A DNA stretch of 50,039 bases from a virus. This document shows positions 1-7,024 of this stretch, one piece after another. Each line of letters starts with the position of its first letter. The first letter of the stretch is position 1. The notes under the pieces are model-generated. The model ran no database searches. It saw nothing but the letters and a program-made list of their open reading frames with translations, and had not been told where the DNA came from. The translations under genes were made by a program, and so were the position numbers. The DNA lies in IMG/VR virus record IMGVR_UViG_3300000944_000001, positions 1-50,039 of that record; one strand, given 5' to 3'.

Positions 1-45
1 TGGTGCGCGATACTGGGATTGAACCAGTGACCCCTACAATGTCAA
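1..45 (-). repeat. att core, left copy: duplicated 3' 45 nt of tRNA-Val(GAC), not a full tRNA
   Basis: Identical to 49995-50039. The reverse complement reads anticodon loop TTGACAT, stem TGTAG, variable loop GGGTC, T-arm ACTGG-TTCAATC-CCAGT, acceptor strand ATCGCGC, then A and CCA. The sequence 46-91 is AT-rich with no D-arm or 5' acceptor strand. Confidence 0.85.
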
Positions 46-91
46 TGTATTTTAAAAACAAAAATAAATAAATAAAATCAGTTGCTTAATT

Positions 92-1117
92 CTATCCTGT
101 CATTTTTTCTCCCGTATATCTCCCGCGCTCGCAATCAAACCACCCGTATTTTTGGACTTCATCTGCCAAGTCGGGGCTGGCTAGATGGGCATAATTTAGC
201 ACCATTGACAGGCTGGCCCATCCGCCTTTGACTTGTAATTTTAAAGGGTCGGATTCAAGCGCGTATTGCCAGCTTGCCCAACTATGTCTTAAACTGTGAA
301 GGCCGACGTCTGCCAAATCATTGCGCGCGCATATTCTTTTTATTTTTTGGCGCGGCCCATAAAAGCGGCCATCTGATGTTTCGTTCCATGGGTTCCCGTC
401 CTCTTTTCGCCATACCCTGCCAACCCCGCGCGGTGGCAAAGCCGCCCTGGTTCTTTCGCATAAATCCACAGACCTTGGCAGCCCGCCTTTGGTTGTCCAA
501 AATGTCACCCGCGTTCCTTGTGGTGACACGTCTTTCCATTCCAGCCTTAATGCTTCGGATGTTCTTGCGCCCGTTCCCACAATGAAACTTATTAAGGGGG
601 CCATGTGTCCTGCGTTTAATATTAGCTTTTCAATCGCTTCAGGTGTGTGCCAATCAATCCTAGATTTTTTGACCTTGCGCTTGTTAAGTCTTACAGGATT
701 GCACCACCCTTCCCCGACAGCATGATTTAATATCACAGAAACGAGCGCATAAAATCCCCGGTTTATTGTGCTGTTTTTTTGGGTTGGGAATAGTTTAGCA
801 GCCGCCTGGTCAATCGTTCCGGGGGTTAAATCTGTAAGCGCAAAGTCACCCATATAAGAAACCACATGATCAAAATAATGATAGAGAAGGGTGTTGCCGC
901 CGCTTAAAATCCAGCTTTCTGCGGCCTGCGCAAAGGTGTGATTTTGTTGTTTGTCGGCGAAGCCATAGACCTCTGCGAAGATTTGCTTTTCCCACGCGCT
1001 TTTAATTTGTTCTGCCTCTGCGCGGCTGCGAGTTTTTGAACTCTTATCAACGCCGGTTCCGTGGACAGTTCCACGGATACGCCAGACGCCGTTGGGGTAT
1101 TGATGCAGCTTGAGCAT
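92..1117 (-). CDS. int: Tyrosine recombinase / phage integrase
   Basis: 341-aa ORF next to att. It has an N-terminal arm-type segment (GVWRIRGTVHG), catalytic-region motifs ARTSEALRLEW and HSLRHSWASW, and the LNYAHL tyrosine region. Confidence 0.92.
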   Translation of the reverse strand: MLKLHQYPNGVWRIRGTVHGTGVDKSSKTRSRAEAEQIKSAWEKQIFAEVYGFADKQQNHTFAQAAESWILSGGNTLLYHYFDHVVSYMGDFALTDLTPGTIDQAAAKLFPTQKNSTINRGFYALVSVILNHAVGEGWCNPVRLNKRKVKKSRIDWHTPEAIEKLILNAGHMAPLISFIVGTGARTSEALRLEWKDVSPQGTRVTFWTTKGGLPRSVDLCERTRAALPPRGVGRVWRKEDGNPWNETSDGRFYGPRQKIKRICARNDLADVGLHSLRHSWASWQYALESDPLKLQVKGGWASLSMVLNYAHLASPDLADEVQKYGWFDCERGRYTGEKMTG

Positions 1118-1293
1118 GATTCCGCTTTAAGGGCCGCTTCTATTTTTGGCAAGTCTGATATTAAAATCCGCCGCGACCCTTTGCCAAGCCTGAAGGCGAA
1201 GCTGTGAGCGTCCAAGAACTTTTGAAATGTTCGCAATGGCACATCATAACTTTGGGCCAAGGCTTTGTCTGATATTGCGCGCGGCTCTGTCAT
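904..1293 (-). CDS. Xis/AlpA-like small DNA-binding protein (putative excisionase); 3' end uncertain
   Basis: ORF immediately upstream of int. The first ~55 aa look like an HTH (ISDKALAQSYDVPLRTFQKFL). The last ~70 codons overlap int (904-1117) in another frame. Confidence 0.45.
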   Translation of the reverse strand: MTEPRAISDKALAQSYDVPLRTFQKFLDAHSFAFRLGKGSRRILISDLPKIEAALKAESCSSCINTPTASGVSVELSTEPALIRVQKLAAAQRQNKLKARGKSKSSQRSMASPTNNKITPLRRPQKAGF

Positions 1294-1559
1294 GATGTTG
1301 TGGCTTTCTCTGTCATATGCAGCGCCAGAATGGCGTCAGCGGCGCGGGATTGGTCGCCGCCGCTGCGGTTATATTCAGTTTGATAGGCGGCAAATTCACG
1401 GCTTGCGCTTTCTTGGGTTGACGAGTTCCACACCGCGACAATTTTATTGCCGCCATCTGGCCCGCGCGCGATCGCGGCGGCTGCCACGGTGATGCGGTGA
1501 ACGCCTTCCATGATTTTTGTTTGCAACTTTAAAGGCAGATTGTCAGTGGCGGTGGTCAT
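1290..1559 (-). CDS. Hypothetical protein (leftward early operon)
   Basis: 89-aa ORF whose start and stop overlap its neighbours by 4 nt, in the same orientation as int/xis. Confidence 0.5.
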   Translation of the reverse strand: MTTATDNLPLKLQTKIMEGVHRITVAAAAIARGPDGGNKIVAVWNSSTQESASREFAAYQTEYNRSGGDQSRAADAILALHMTEKATTS

Positions 1560-1750
1560 TTAAGCGTCCAACCTTCCTCTATAATCCCTTCAATAACATG
1601 GCCAATCGCTTCAGTGATGGGCATGTCGGGTTGTCTTATATGATTTTTATATTCTTCGGCCTTTGCTTTTAGCTTCGCGGTTGTGTTGCTATTTGCAAGA
1701 AATACTAATTGAACGAATATCCCATCAACATCTTCACTTACTATGGCCAT
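1556..1750 (-). CDS. Hypothetical protein (leftward early operon)
   Basis: 64-aa ORF tightly packed between neighbouring minus-strand ORFs. Confidence 0.45.
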   Translation of the reverse strand: MAIVSEDVDGIFVQLVFLANSNTTAKLKAKAEEYKNHIRQPDMPITEAIGHVIEGIIEEGWTLK

Positions 1751-1752
1751 GG

Positions 1753-2007
1753 TTATGCACCATCACCGATTGGGGTGATGACGCTACTGTCAGCCAAAGC
1801 CCGCGCCATATATTGTGACCCGATAATTGAGGCATCCACAACTTGGAAATCACGGTTCAAATCAATGGTTAAATTTTTGACCGTGCGCCTGTTTTCTTCG
1901 GTTGGCTCCAAAGCCAATAATTTCCACGCGGCCGCCAAGGCCTCCGCGCGGGTGCCAGCAATGTCTGCGCGGCGGGTCGCAAGCTTATTCATGGGTAAGT
2001 TTGTCAT
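1753..2007 (-). CDS. Hypothetical protein, first gene of the leftward early operon
   Basis: The ORF is open to 2097, but ATG 2007 is preceded by AGGAGG (complement of 2012-2017). The longer N-terminus would cover the operator/promoter at 2030-2070. Confidence 0.55.
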   Translation of the reverse strand: MTNLPMNKLATRRADIAGTRAEALAAAWKLLALEPTEENRRTVKNLTIDLNRDFQVVDASIIGSQYMARALADSSVITPIGDGA

Positions 2008-2029
2008 AAGGCCTCCTAAATTCGGAGCC

Positions 2030-2070
2030 TTAATAACACAAATTGCGTTATTGTCAACGCATTTTGTGTT
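2030..2070 (-). promoter_or_regulatory. Leftward early promoter (PL-like) with two CI-type operators
   Basis: On the minus strand, TTGACA (complement of 2052-2057), a 16-nt spacer, then TATTAA (complement of 2030-2035). Operators: AACAC-AAATT-GCGTT at 2035-2049 and AACGC-ATTTT-GTGTT at 2056-2070, 6 bp apart. Confidence 0.6.
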
Positions 2071-2140
2071 GTTTGTGGAAGTACATTTTTCTTGCAAGCA
2101 ACATTGTTGATATATATGACTTTAAGAAAGTGAGGTTTAT

Positions 2141-2368
2141 ATGCGCGGGTTTTGTTTATTCTTTGGGTGGGTGTTTTTCGTAGTCGGAGTTCTTATAATC
2201 TTGAACTACCTTCTACTTTCAATTGATGTGTCCGTTTTGAAAATCAATATGTCGCTTCTGACAACATTAATAGGCGCAGTTTTACTTGGCGCGGCTGGAA
2301 TTATGGGGGAAATTGAACGGCGGGGAAAGTCGCCAACATCCCAAAGGCCAGATAGCGGCGGGAAATAG
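2141..2368 (+). CDS. Small membrane protein (two predicted TM segments) within the immunity region
   Basis: 75-aa ORF with GAGG 7 nt upstream of the ATG. Hydrophobic stretches FCLFFGWVFFVVGVLIILNYLLL and LLTTLIGAVLLGAAGIMG. Convergent with cI, with only 4 nt between the two stop codons. Confidence 0.6.
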   Translation: MRGFCLFFGWVFFVVGVLIILNYLLLSIDVSVLKINMSLLTTLIGAVLLGAAGIMGEIERRGKSPTSQRPDSGGK

Positions 2369-2372
2369 GGAA

Positions 2373-3041
2373 TTAAAATTTGACCATATCAATTGGGTAG
2401 ACAGTTTGCAGCTTTATGTCCGTTTCTATAATTGTCCCATCAGCAGATTGCAAGGAATAGAGTCCAGGCTTGCTGCCTTTAAGTAAGAATTTGAATAGCT
2501 TTCTGCCATCGGCAAGTTCAACAATCACAGGCCTGCCTACATAAAATGGGATAGGATGTGCAATTTGAGAATAAAACAATTGTGCGCCCGCAGGAAATGC
2601 AGGGGCCATGCTATCCCCCCAGATTTCGACAGCTTCGGTTCCCTCTTTTGTGCCAGGTGGGGCTTCCAATAATTGAGTAACACCATCATCAAATGGAATA
2701 AACCCATCCGCGCCGCCGACATATCCGACCAGATGAACAATGACAGCGGGCTTGATAGCAGGTCTTGAGCGCGGCCCTTCATCATAAATCGCGCCATCTT
2801 CACGGACTTCACCGCTGTAAGTTATCTCTTCGCTTTCTAACCATGCTACTGTTACGTTTAGTAGTTTAGAAATTTGTTTCATCGTTTCACGTTTTGGGCG
2901 GCGGGTACCTCTCTCCCAAGAAGACACAGTGCTTTGAGTTATCTTCAAGGCATCTGAAAATTGTGATTGATTTAAGTCTTTGGCTTTGCGGGCCTTTACT
3001 ATTCTCTCGCCAATCCGCGAATATATTTTGTTATCTTTCAT
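2373..3041 (-). CDS. CI-like repressor: XRE-type HTH plus LexA/S24 autopeptidase domain
   Basis: HTH region IGERIVKARKAKDLNQSQFSDALKITQSTVSSWERG. S24 motifs are GDSMAP (Ser) and GRKLFKFL (Lys). The ORF is open to 3074, an alternative start that lies inside an operator. Confidence 0.88.
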   Translation of the reverse strand: MKDNKIYSRIGERIVKARKAKDLNQSQFSDALKITQSTVSSWERGTRRPKRETMKQISKLLNVTVAWLESEEITYSGEVREDGAIYDEGPRSRPAIKPAVIVHLVGYVGGADGFIPFDDGVTQLLEAPPGTKEGTEAVEIWGDSMAPAFPAGAQLFYSQIAHPIPFYVGRPVIVELADGRKLFKFLLKGSKPGLYSLQSADGTIIETDIKLQTVYPIDMVKF

Positions 3042-3067
3042 TGGCTTATCTTTTTTATTAAGCGAAA

Positions 3068-3108
3068 AACGCATTTTGTGTTGACAGCAACGCTTTTTGC
3101 GTTATTTG
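3068..3108 (+). promoter_or_regulatory. Rightward early promoter (PR-like) with two CI-type operators
   Basis: TTGACA at 3081-3086, a 16-nt spacer, then TATTTG at 3103-3108. Operators AACGC-ATTTT-GTGTT at 3068-3082 and AACGC-TTTTT-GCGTT at 3089-3103, 6 bp apart. The 16-mer AACGCATTTTGTGTTG is identical to 2056-2071. Confidence 0.6.
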
Positions 3109-3181
3109 TTTGCCCATGAACAGCTCCACCAAAACCTTGCCGACAACAAGTAATAGGCCAAACTTCAATCCTTGTGAAAAC

Positions 3182-3406
3182 ATGGTCACTTTCATAATCA
3201 AAAATTGGTTTGGTGGTGTCCGTGCCGAGATGGCTCGTCAAATGAATTGGAAGGCGACTATGTTGCAACGGCGGGAAGAAGCTGGGCATTTTACAGCGCA
3301 TCAGCAAAGAGAAATTTTGCAAAAATCTGATGATCTTGGTTGGGGAATCAAGCCCGCACATTTTTTTCCTGAACGTCAAGCGGATATTATGGATGCCGCG
3401 CAATGA
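3182..3406 (+). CDS. Cro/YdaS-like small DNA-binding protein
   Basis: Divergent from cI and the first rightward ORF. Carries an FGGVRAEMARQMNWKATMLQRREEAGHF HTH-like segment. An alternative ATG at 3116 lies about 7 nt after the putative -10, so a leaderless start is possible. Confidence 0.6.
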   Translation: MVTFIIKNWFGGVRAEMARQMNWKATMLQRREEAGHFTAHQQREILQKSDDLGWGIKPAHFFPERQADIMDAAQ

Positions 3407-3411
3407 CCCGT

Positions 3412-3657
3412 TCATTTGATAACTCGCAGCGCGGCGCGCATGGGCGGAAAGTCTTGGGGTTTTGCGCGGGCCAATCGCGCATCCGCCGCCGCATTTTTGG
3501 GCAGGCCAAAGCCTTCCCTAATGGCTGCAATTTCTTTTTGAATTTCCGCGCGGCTCTCTTCTCGCGGAAATCGTCTGTCTGCCGCAGGGCATTGCGCCCC
3601 GCCCTGGGCAGGCAGCACGGCCGCCGCCTGATGTCTTGGACTGTCTTGCATAGTCAC
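3412..3657 (-). CDS. Hypothetical 81-aa protein on the leftward strand between cro and the CII-like gene
   Basis: The first codon position is G-rich (about 40 percent by hand count), unlike the overlapping plus-strand ORF. AAGGGAAG lies upstream of the GTG/ATG start. Confidence 0.45.
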   Translation of the reverse strand: MTMQDSPRHQAAAVLPAQGGAQCPAADRRFPREESRAEIQKEIAAIREGFGLPKNAAADARLARAKPQDFPPMRAALRVIK

Positions 3658-3742
3658 TTCCCTTTGATGTCTTCATGTTTATTTCTGAACAATTTAAACG
3701 TAATGGCGGCGGCCGATTTGTTCAATTGGAAAGTTTCATCAG

Positions 3743-3764
3743 TTTTCCACCACTATTTTCCACC
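3743..3764. promoter_or_regulatory. Direct repeat TTTTCCACC x2 (13-bp period) in an AT-rich spacer; candidate activator site
   Basis: Copies at 3743-3751 and 3756-3764, in the 128-bp gap between the leftward ORF and the CII-like gene. TAAAAT follows at 3765-3770. Confidence 0.35.
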
Positions 3765-3785
3765 TAAAATTTCAGGAATTAAAAC

Positions 3786-4259
3786 ATGAACCCGCGTGTC
3801 CACAGCCGTCTTGCCCGTAATTTAATCAAAGCTTGCGGAGGGTTAGAGGAATCGGCGCAGGCTTGTCGCATTGGAAAGTCCCAATTATCAAACGCGCAAA
3901 ACGCCAATCACGATGCGATATTGCCCGCCGATGTTATTCAAGAACTGGAAAGTTATTGCGGCGATCCGCTCTATTCCCGGGCTTTGCTTGAAGCGTGTCA
4001 GGCCGTGTCAGGCACAGGCGATATTGTTGGCGAAGCTTTGGATGTTGTTGGGCAAGTTGCAACCTTGTCAGCGCATATTCATCACGCCTTGGCTGACAAT
4101 GTTGTCACCCCAAGCGAAGCCAATAAAGTGGCGGACATGATTGTTGTCATCCGTCAGAGCGTGGCCCAAATTGAAAATGATATTGAAACCGCCGCAGACG
4201 GCGCAGTGAAATTGGTTTCATCTAAGCCAAAGCCATCCAAATCCAAAGGCGGTGCGTGA
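3786..4259 (+). CDS. Phage 186 CII (CP76)-like regulatory protein
   Basis: 157 aa. The layout resembles 186 CII as I recall it: an HTH-like segment ESAQACRIGKSQLSNAQNANHDAILPADVIQEL, then an LSAHIHHALADNVVTPSEANKV segment. It sits just downstream of cro. Confidence 0.5.
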   Translation: MNPRVHSRLARNLIKACGGLEESAQACRIGKSQLSNAQNANHDAILPADVIQELESYCGDPLYSRALLEACQAVSGTGDIVGEALDVVGQVATLSAHIHHALADNVVTPSEANKVADMIVVIRQSVAQIENDIETAADGAVKLVSSKPKPSKSKGGA

Positions 4260-4669
4260 TGAACGCGCCGCTTATTAGTCCAAACTTAATCCGTCCACAC
4301 GCTGGCAGGCCACATAGTGTCAGCGAAGGGACCGCTTCAATCAGCGATGCCGCCACCCACCCCGCGCATCGCCGATTGGCGCGGGTTCTAAGTGTCGCCG
4401 AAATCACCGCCAAGTCATATGAAGAACACATGGCGCGCCGCGCTTTGGGCAAGGCCCTTTCATCTATCACCCTGAAAGATGTCCTTTATGCCGCGACCAA
4501 TGACGCCGCCGCCAAGATATTTTGGAACGCTTGCCGCGGCCTTGCGGCCGCATCTAGCGCGGCAGAGGCTGAACCCTTTGCCAATATTTTAAAGACCGTC
4601 ATCCCCGCCCGCTGGCGGGTAGGACAAAAACGCAAGGCGGTCCCCGCTCTGCGTTCTGATCTAGCCTAA
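4256..4669 (+). CDS. Hypothetical protein
   Basis: 137-aa ORF whose start overlaps the upstream stop (GTGATG). Confidence 0.55.
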   Translation: MMNAPLISPNLIRPHAGRPHSVSEGTASISDAATHPAHRRLARVLSVAEITAKSYEEHMARRALGKALSSITLKDVLYAATNDAAAKIFWNACRGLAAASSAAEAEPFANILKTVIPARWRVGQKRKAVPALRSDLA

Positions 4670-4783
4670 TTCAAGGCTGATTTTCTTGGCCCATTCGGGT
4701 CGTTTATTCCCATGCCGCGCCCCGTTCAGGGTCGGTTAATTTCCGCGCCTCGCCCTGTCTTGGCGGCCAAAAAAGGATTCATC

Positions 4784-5176
4784 ATGGTAGATATTATGAA
4801 AGATGTGACCGCTGCATCAGGTCAATATGGGGCGCGGGTCGCGGGTCTGAAGCCGAAAATAAAGACCGCGCTTGCCGCCGTTGGCCTGACGGCCTTGTTG
4901 AAATCTAAGGGCCGTCATGACCCCCGCCTTGATGGCCCGCGCCCGCTGACACCGCTGCAAGTTCAGCACCTGAACGGCATTCATGATTGCGGTCTTGTCA
5001 CCCAAGCGGTGACCTATCCCGCTGACAATCCCGCCGCCACAATCATCGGCCGCCTTGATAGTTATGTTATTCCTTATGATGAATTTAAGGCCTTGATTGA
5101 TGACGGCCTTGTGACCCATAGCGCCAACCTGACGGCGGCCGCTTATAACGCGCTTGCAGAATTGCAAGAGGGTTAA
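4784..5176 (+). CDS. Hypothetical protein
   Basis: ATG 4784 is preceded by AAGGA 7 nt upstream. The ORF is open from 4712. Confidence 0.55.
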   Translation: MVDIMKDVTAASGQYGARVAGLKPKIKTALAAVGLTALLKSKGRHDPRLDGPRPLTPLQVQHLNGIHDCGLVTQAVTYPADNPAATIIGRLDSYVIPYDEFKALIDDGLVTHSANLTAAAYNALAELQEG

Positions 5177-5178
5177 CC

Positions 5179-6360
5179 GTGGCGGCGGGGTCTTCATATA
5201 AAATGTTTGACACCGCTGCAATCGCGGCGGCTAATTCACCTGAAACAGTTTTTTCAAAGCTGAATATTCCCTTTGTGCGCAAGGGTCACAAGCTGCTTTC
5301 AAATTGCCCGTCCTGCGGTAAGTCAAATAAGTTTGATTATAACACAACCAAAGACGTTTATTTTTGTTTCGCGGGCGGCTGCGAATTTGGCCGTGACCGC
5401 AAGGGTGTCATTGACTTTGTCATGGATGTTTTAGATCGCGGCTTTGTTGATGCCTGCAAATATCTGGGCGGCGCAAATGAACTGACCCCATCAGAACAGC
5501 GGGCCGCCGAAGAAAAAAGAAAAGAACATGCCAAGCGCGCCAAACAAGAGTTAGCCAAAGCCCGGCGCCGCACGAAAAAACAGATGCAAGATATTCTGGC
5601 GCAATGCGTTCCAGGCGAAGGGACATTGGCGCAGACCTATCTTGAAACGCGCGGTCACGCCGCTGGCATCAAGGCCTTGGGCTGGCCCAAAGACATTCTG
5701 TTTCATCCTGGTCTTGAAGCTTTTGTTGGCGATGCCTCTGACAAACAACCGGCAGGCACCTTCCCCGCCATGATTTCAAAGGGCCGTGACCGCAATGGGA
5801 AATTGGTGTTGTTACACCGCACCTATTTAGAGGCCACCCAAGATGGCGGCGCGCGCAAGGCTAGTCCGAAATTACCTGAAGACTTATCCAAGCTTTGGAA
5901 CGCCAAGCAAATGGTTGGGGTTTTAAGCTTCGCAGATTTAGGCGTTTATCTGGGCGCGACAGATGGCGCGACCCATGACCCAACCGTTCCCGTTATTGTC
6001 GCCGAAGGAATTGAAAGCGCTTTGGCGATGGCCACGGCAGGCGCGCAGGGGGTGATTTATGCGGCGCTATCTTTGAACCGCGTCATTGGTTCTGTCTCTG
6101 CTGATGCCAAGACCATGAAGGGATGGCGGCCGCCTAGCAAAGAACGGCCTGTCATCATCGCATGTGACAATGATTTGTCACCAACGCCGCCGCGTTTTGA
6201 ATGCGGGATTGAACGCGCGCAGGATTGTTTTGCGCGGGCGGCAAATCGCTTGTCAGATTTTGGTTATGAAGTCGGCACAATATTCCCGCCCGCCGGTTGC
6301 GACCCTGAAGATTGGTTATTCCACACACCTGAAACAGACACTGAAAGCGAGGCCGCATGA
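5179..6360 (+). CDS. Zinc-finger plus Toprim domain protein (primase-like)
   Basis: CPSCGKSNKF...FCFAGGCEFG zinc motif followed by VIDFVMDV. Toprim acidic motifs are VIVAEGIESALAM and IIACDNDLS. Confidence 0.8.
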   Translation: MAAGSSYKMFDTAAIAAANSPETVFSKLNIPFVRKGHKLLSNCPSCGKSNKFDYNTTKDVYFCFAGGCEFGRDRKGVIDFVMDVLDRGFVDACKYLGGANELTPSEQRAAEEKRKEHAKRAKQELAKARRRTKKQMQDILAQCVPGEGTLAQTYLETRGHAAGIKALGWPKDILFHPGLEAFVGDASDKQPAGTFPAMISKGRDRNGKLVLLHRTYLEATQDGGARKASPKLPEDLSKLWNAKQMVGVLSFADLGVYLGATDGATHDPTVPVIVAEGIESALAMATAGAQGVIYAALSLNRVIGSVSADAKTMKGWRPPSKERPVIIACDNDLSPTPPRFECGIERAQDCFARAANRLSDFGYEVGTIFPPAGCDPEDWLFHTPETDTESEAA

Positions 6361-6632
6361 CCGATGATGTGAAGACCGTTCAATATTTTTATATTGAGTT
6401 TCAATATTCAGGAAAAGAAAAGGCCTCTATTTTTAGTGGTGACTTTGTCTTGCCTACAGGTTCCAAGTGGCATGAAATTGAAGCCCGCGCGGCACTCTTA
6501 TTTACCGAATTTATGGCAAAGATTTTTCCCGATGATGTGACCGCTGTCATGCCGGTCCCGCCCCATCTTAAAATTGTTCCCGGCGTTTGTTTTTGTATCC
6601 CTGCAACACAAACGGAAAGCGAGGCCGCATGA
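6357..6632 (+). CDS. Hypothetical protein
   Basis: 91-aa ORF with ATGA overlaps at both ends. Its C-terminus TESEAA is the same as that of the upstream gene. Confidence 0.55.
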   Translation: MTDDVKTVQYFYIEFQYSGKEKASIFSGDFVLPTGSKWHEIEARAALLFTEFMAKIFPDDVTAVMPVPPHLKIVPGVCFCIPATQTESEAA

Positions 6633-7024
6633 GTGATGAAGATGTATATCGTGAAGATTGGATGACAGATGAGCAATGGCGGTGCGCCAAACTTGCGGCC
6701 GAATATAAACATGGCTTTCATCATCTTTCTAATCTTCGGAAATGGGGCAATGGTGTTGCTATTGATGAACCCAACCGCATTTCAACTTATGATTTTAATG
6801 GCCTGACCCGTCTTGTAGTTATGGCTCATGATGAATGTATTCGAATTGATATAGGAACGGAAACCCGTGAAGAAAATTATGATGGTTACACTTATGAGGT
6901 GACGAAATTAATCATCACATTTCACCCTCGTAAACGCCCTGTTGCGGGTGATAGGATGTCATCACGGCATCCTGAACTTGAAGCCCATGTCTCTGAAATT
7001 CGCAAAAACAGAGGTACGGCATGA
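6629..7024 (+). CDS. Hypothetical protein
   Basis: ATG 6629 overlaps the upstream stop (ATGA) and follows GAGG. The ORF is open from 6587. Confidence 0.55.
   Translation: MSDEDVYREDWMTDEQWRCAKLAAEYKHGFHHLSNLRKWGNGVAIDEPNRISTYDFNGLTRLVVMAHDECIRIDIGTETREENYDGYTYEVTKLIITFHPRKRPVAGDRMSSRHPELEAHVSEIRKNRGTA

Noticed and set aside
1-91. Left att copy considered as a functional tRNA gene
   Set aside because: Only the anticodon loop to CCA portion is present. The adjoining sequence is an AT-rich run with no D-arm or 5' acceptor strand.
3403-3789. 128-aa plus-strand ORF with ATGA overlaps to cro and to the CII-like gene
   Set aside because: The product is extremely Arg/Cys/Phe-rich. Its codon first positions are G-poor (about 17 percent by hand count), while the opposite-strand ORF 3412-3657 shows a normal coding bias. 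It is most likely a shadow ORF, though the neat overlaps mean it is not fully excluded.
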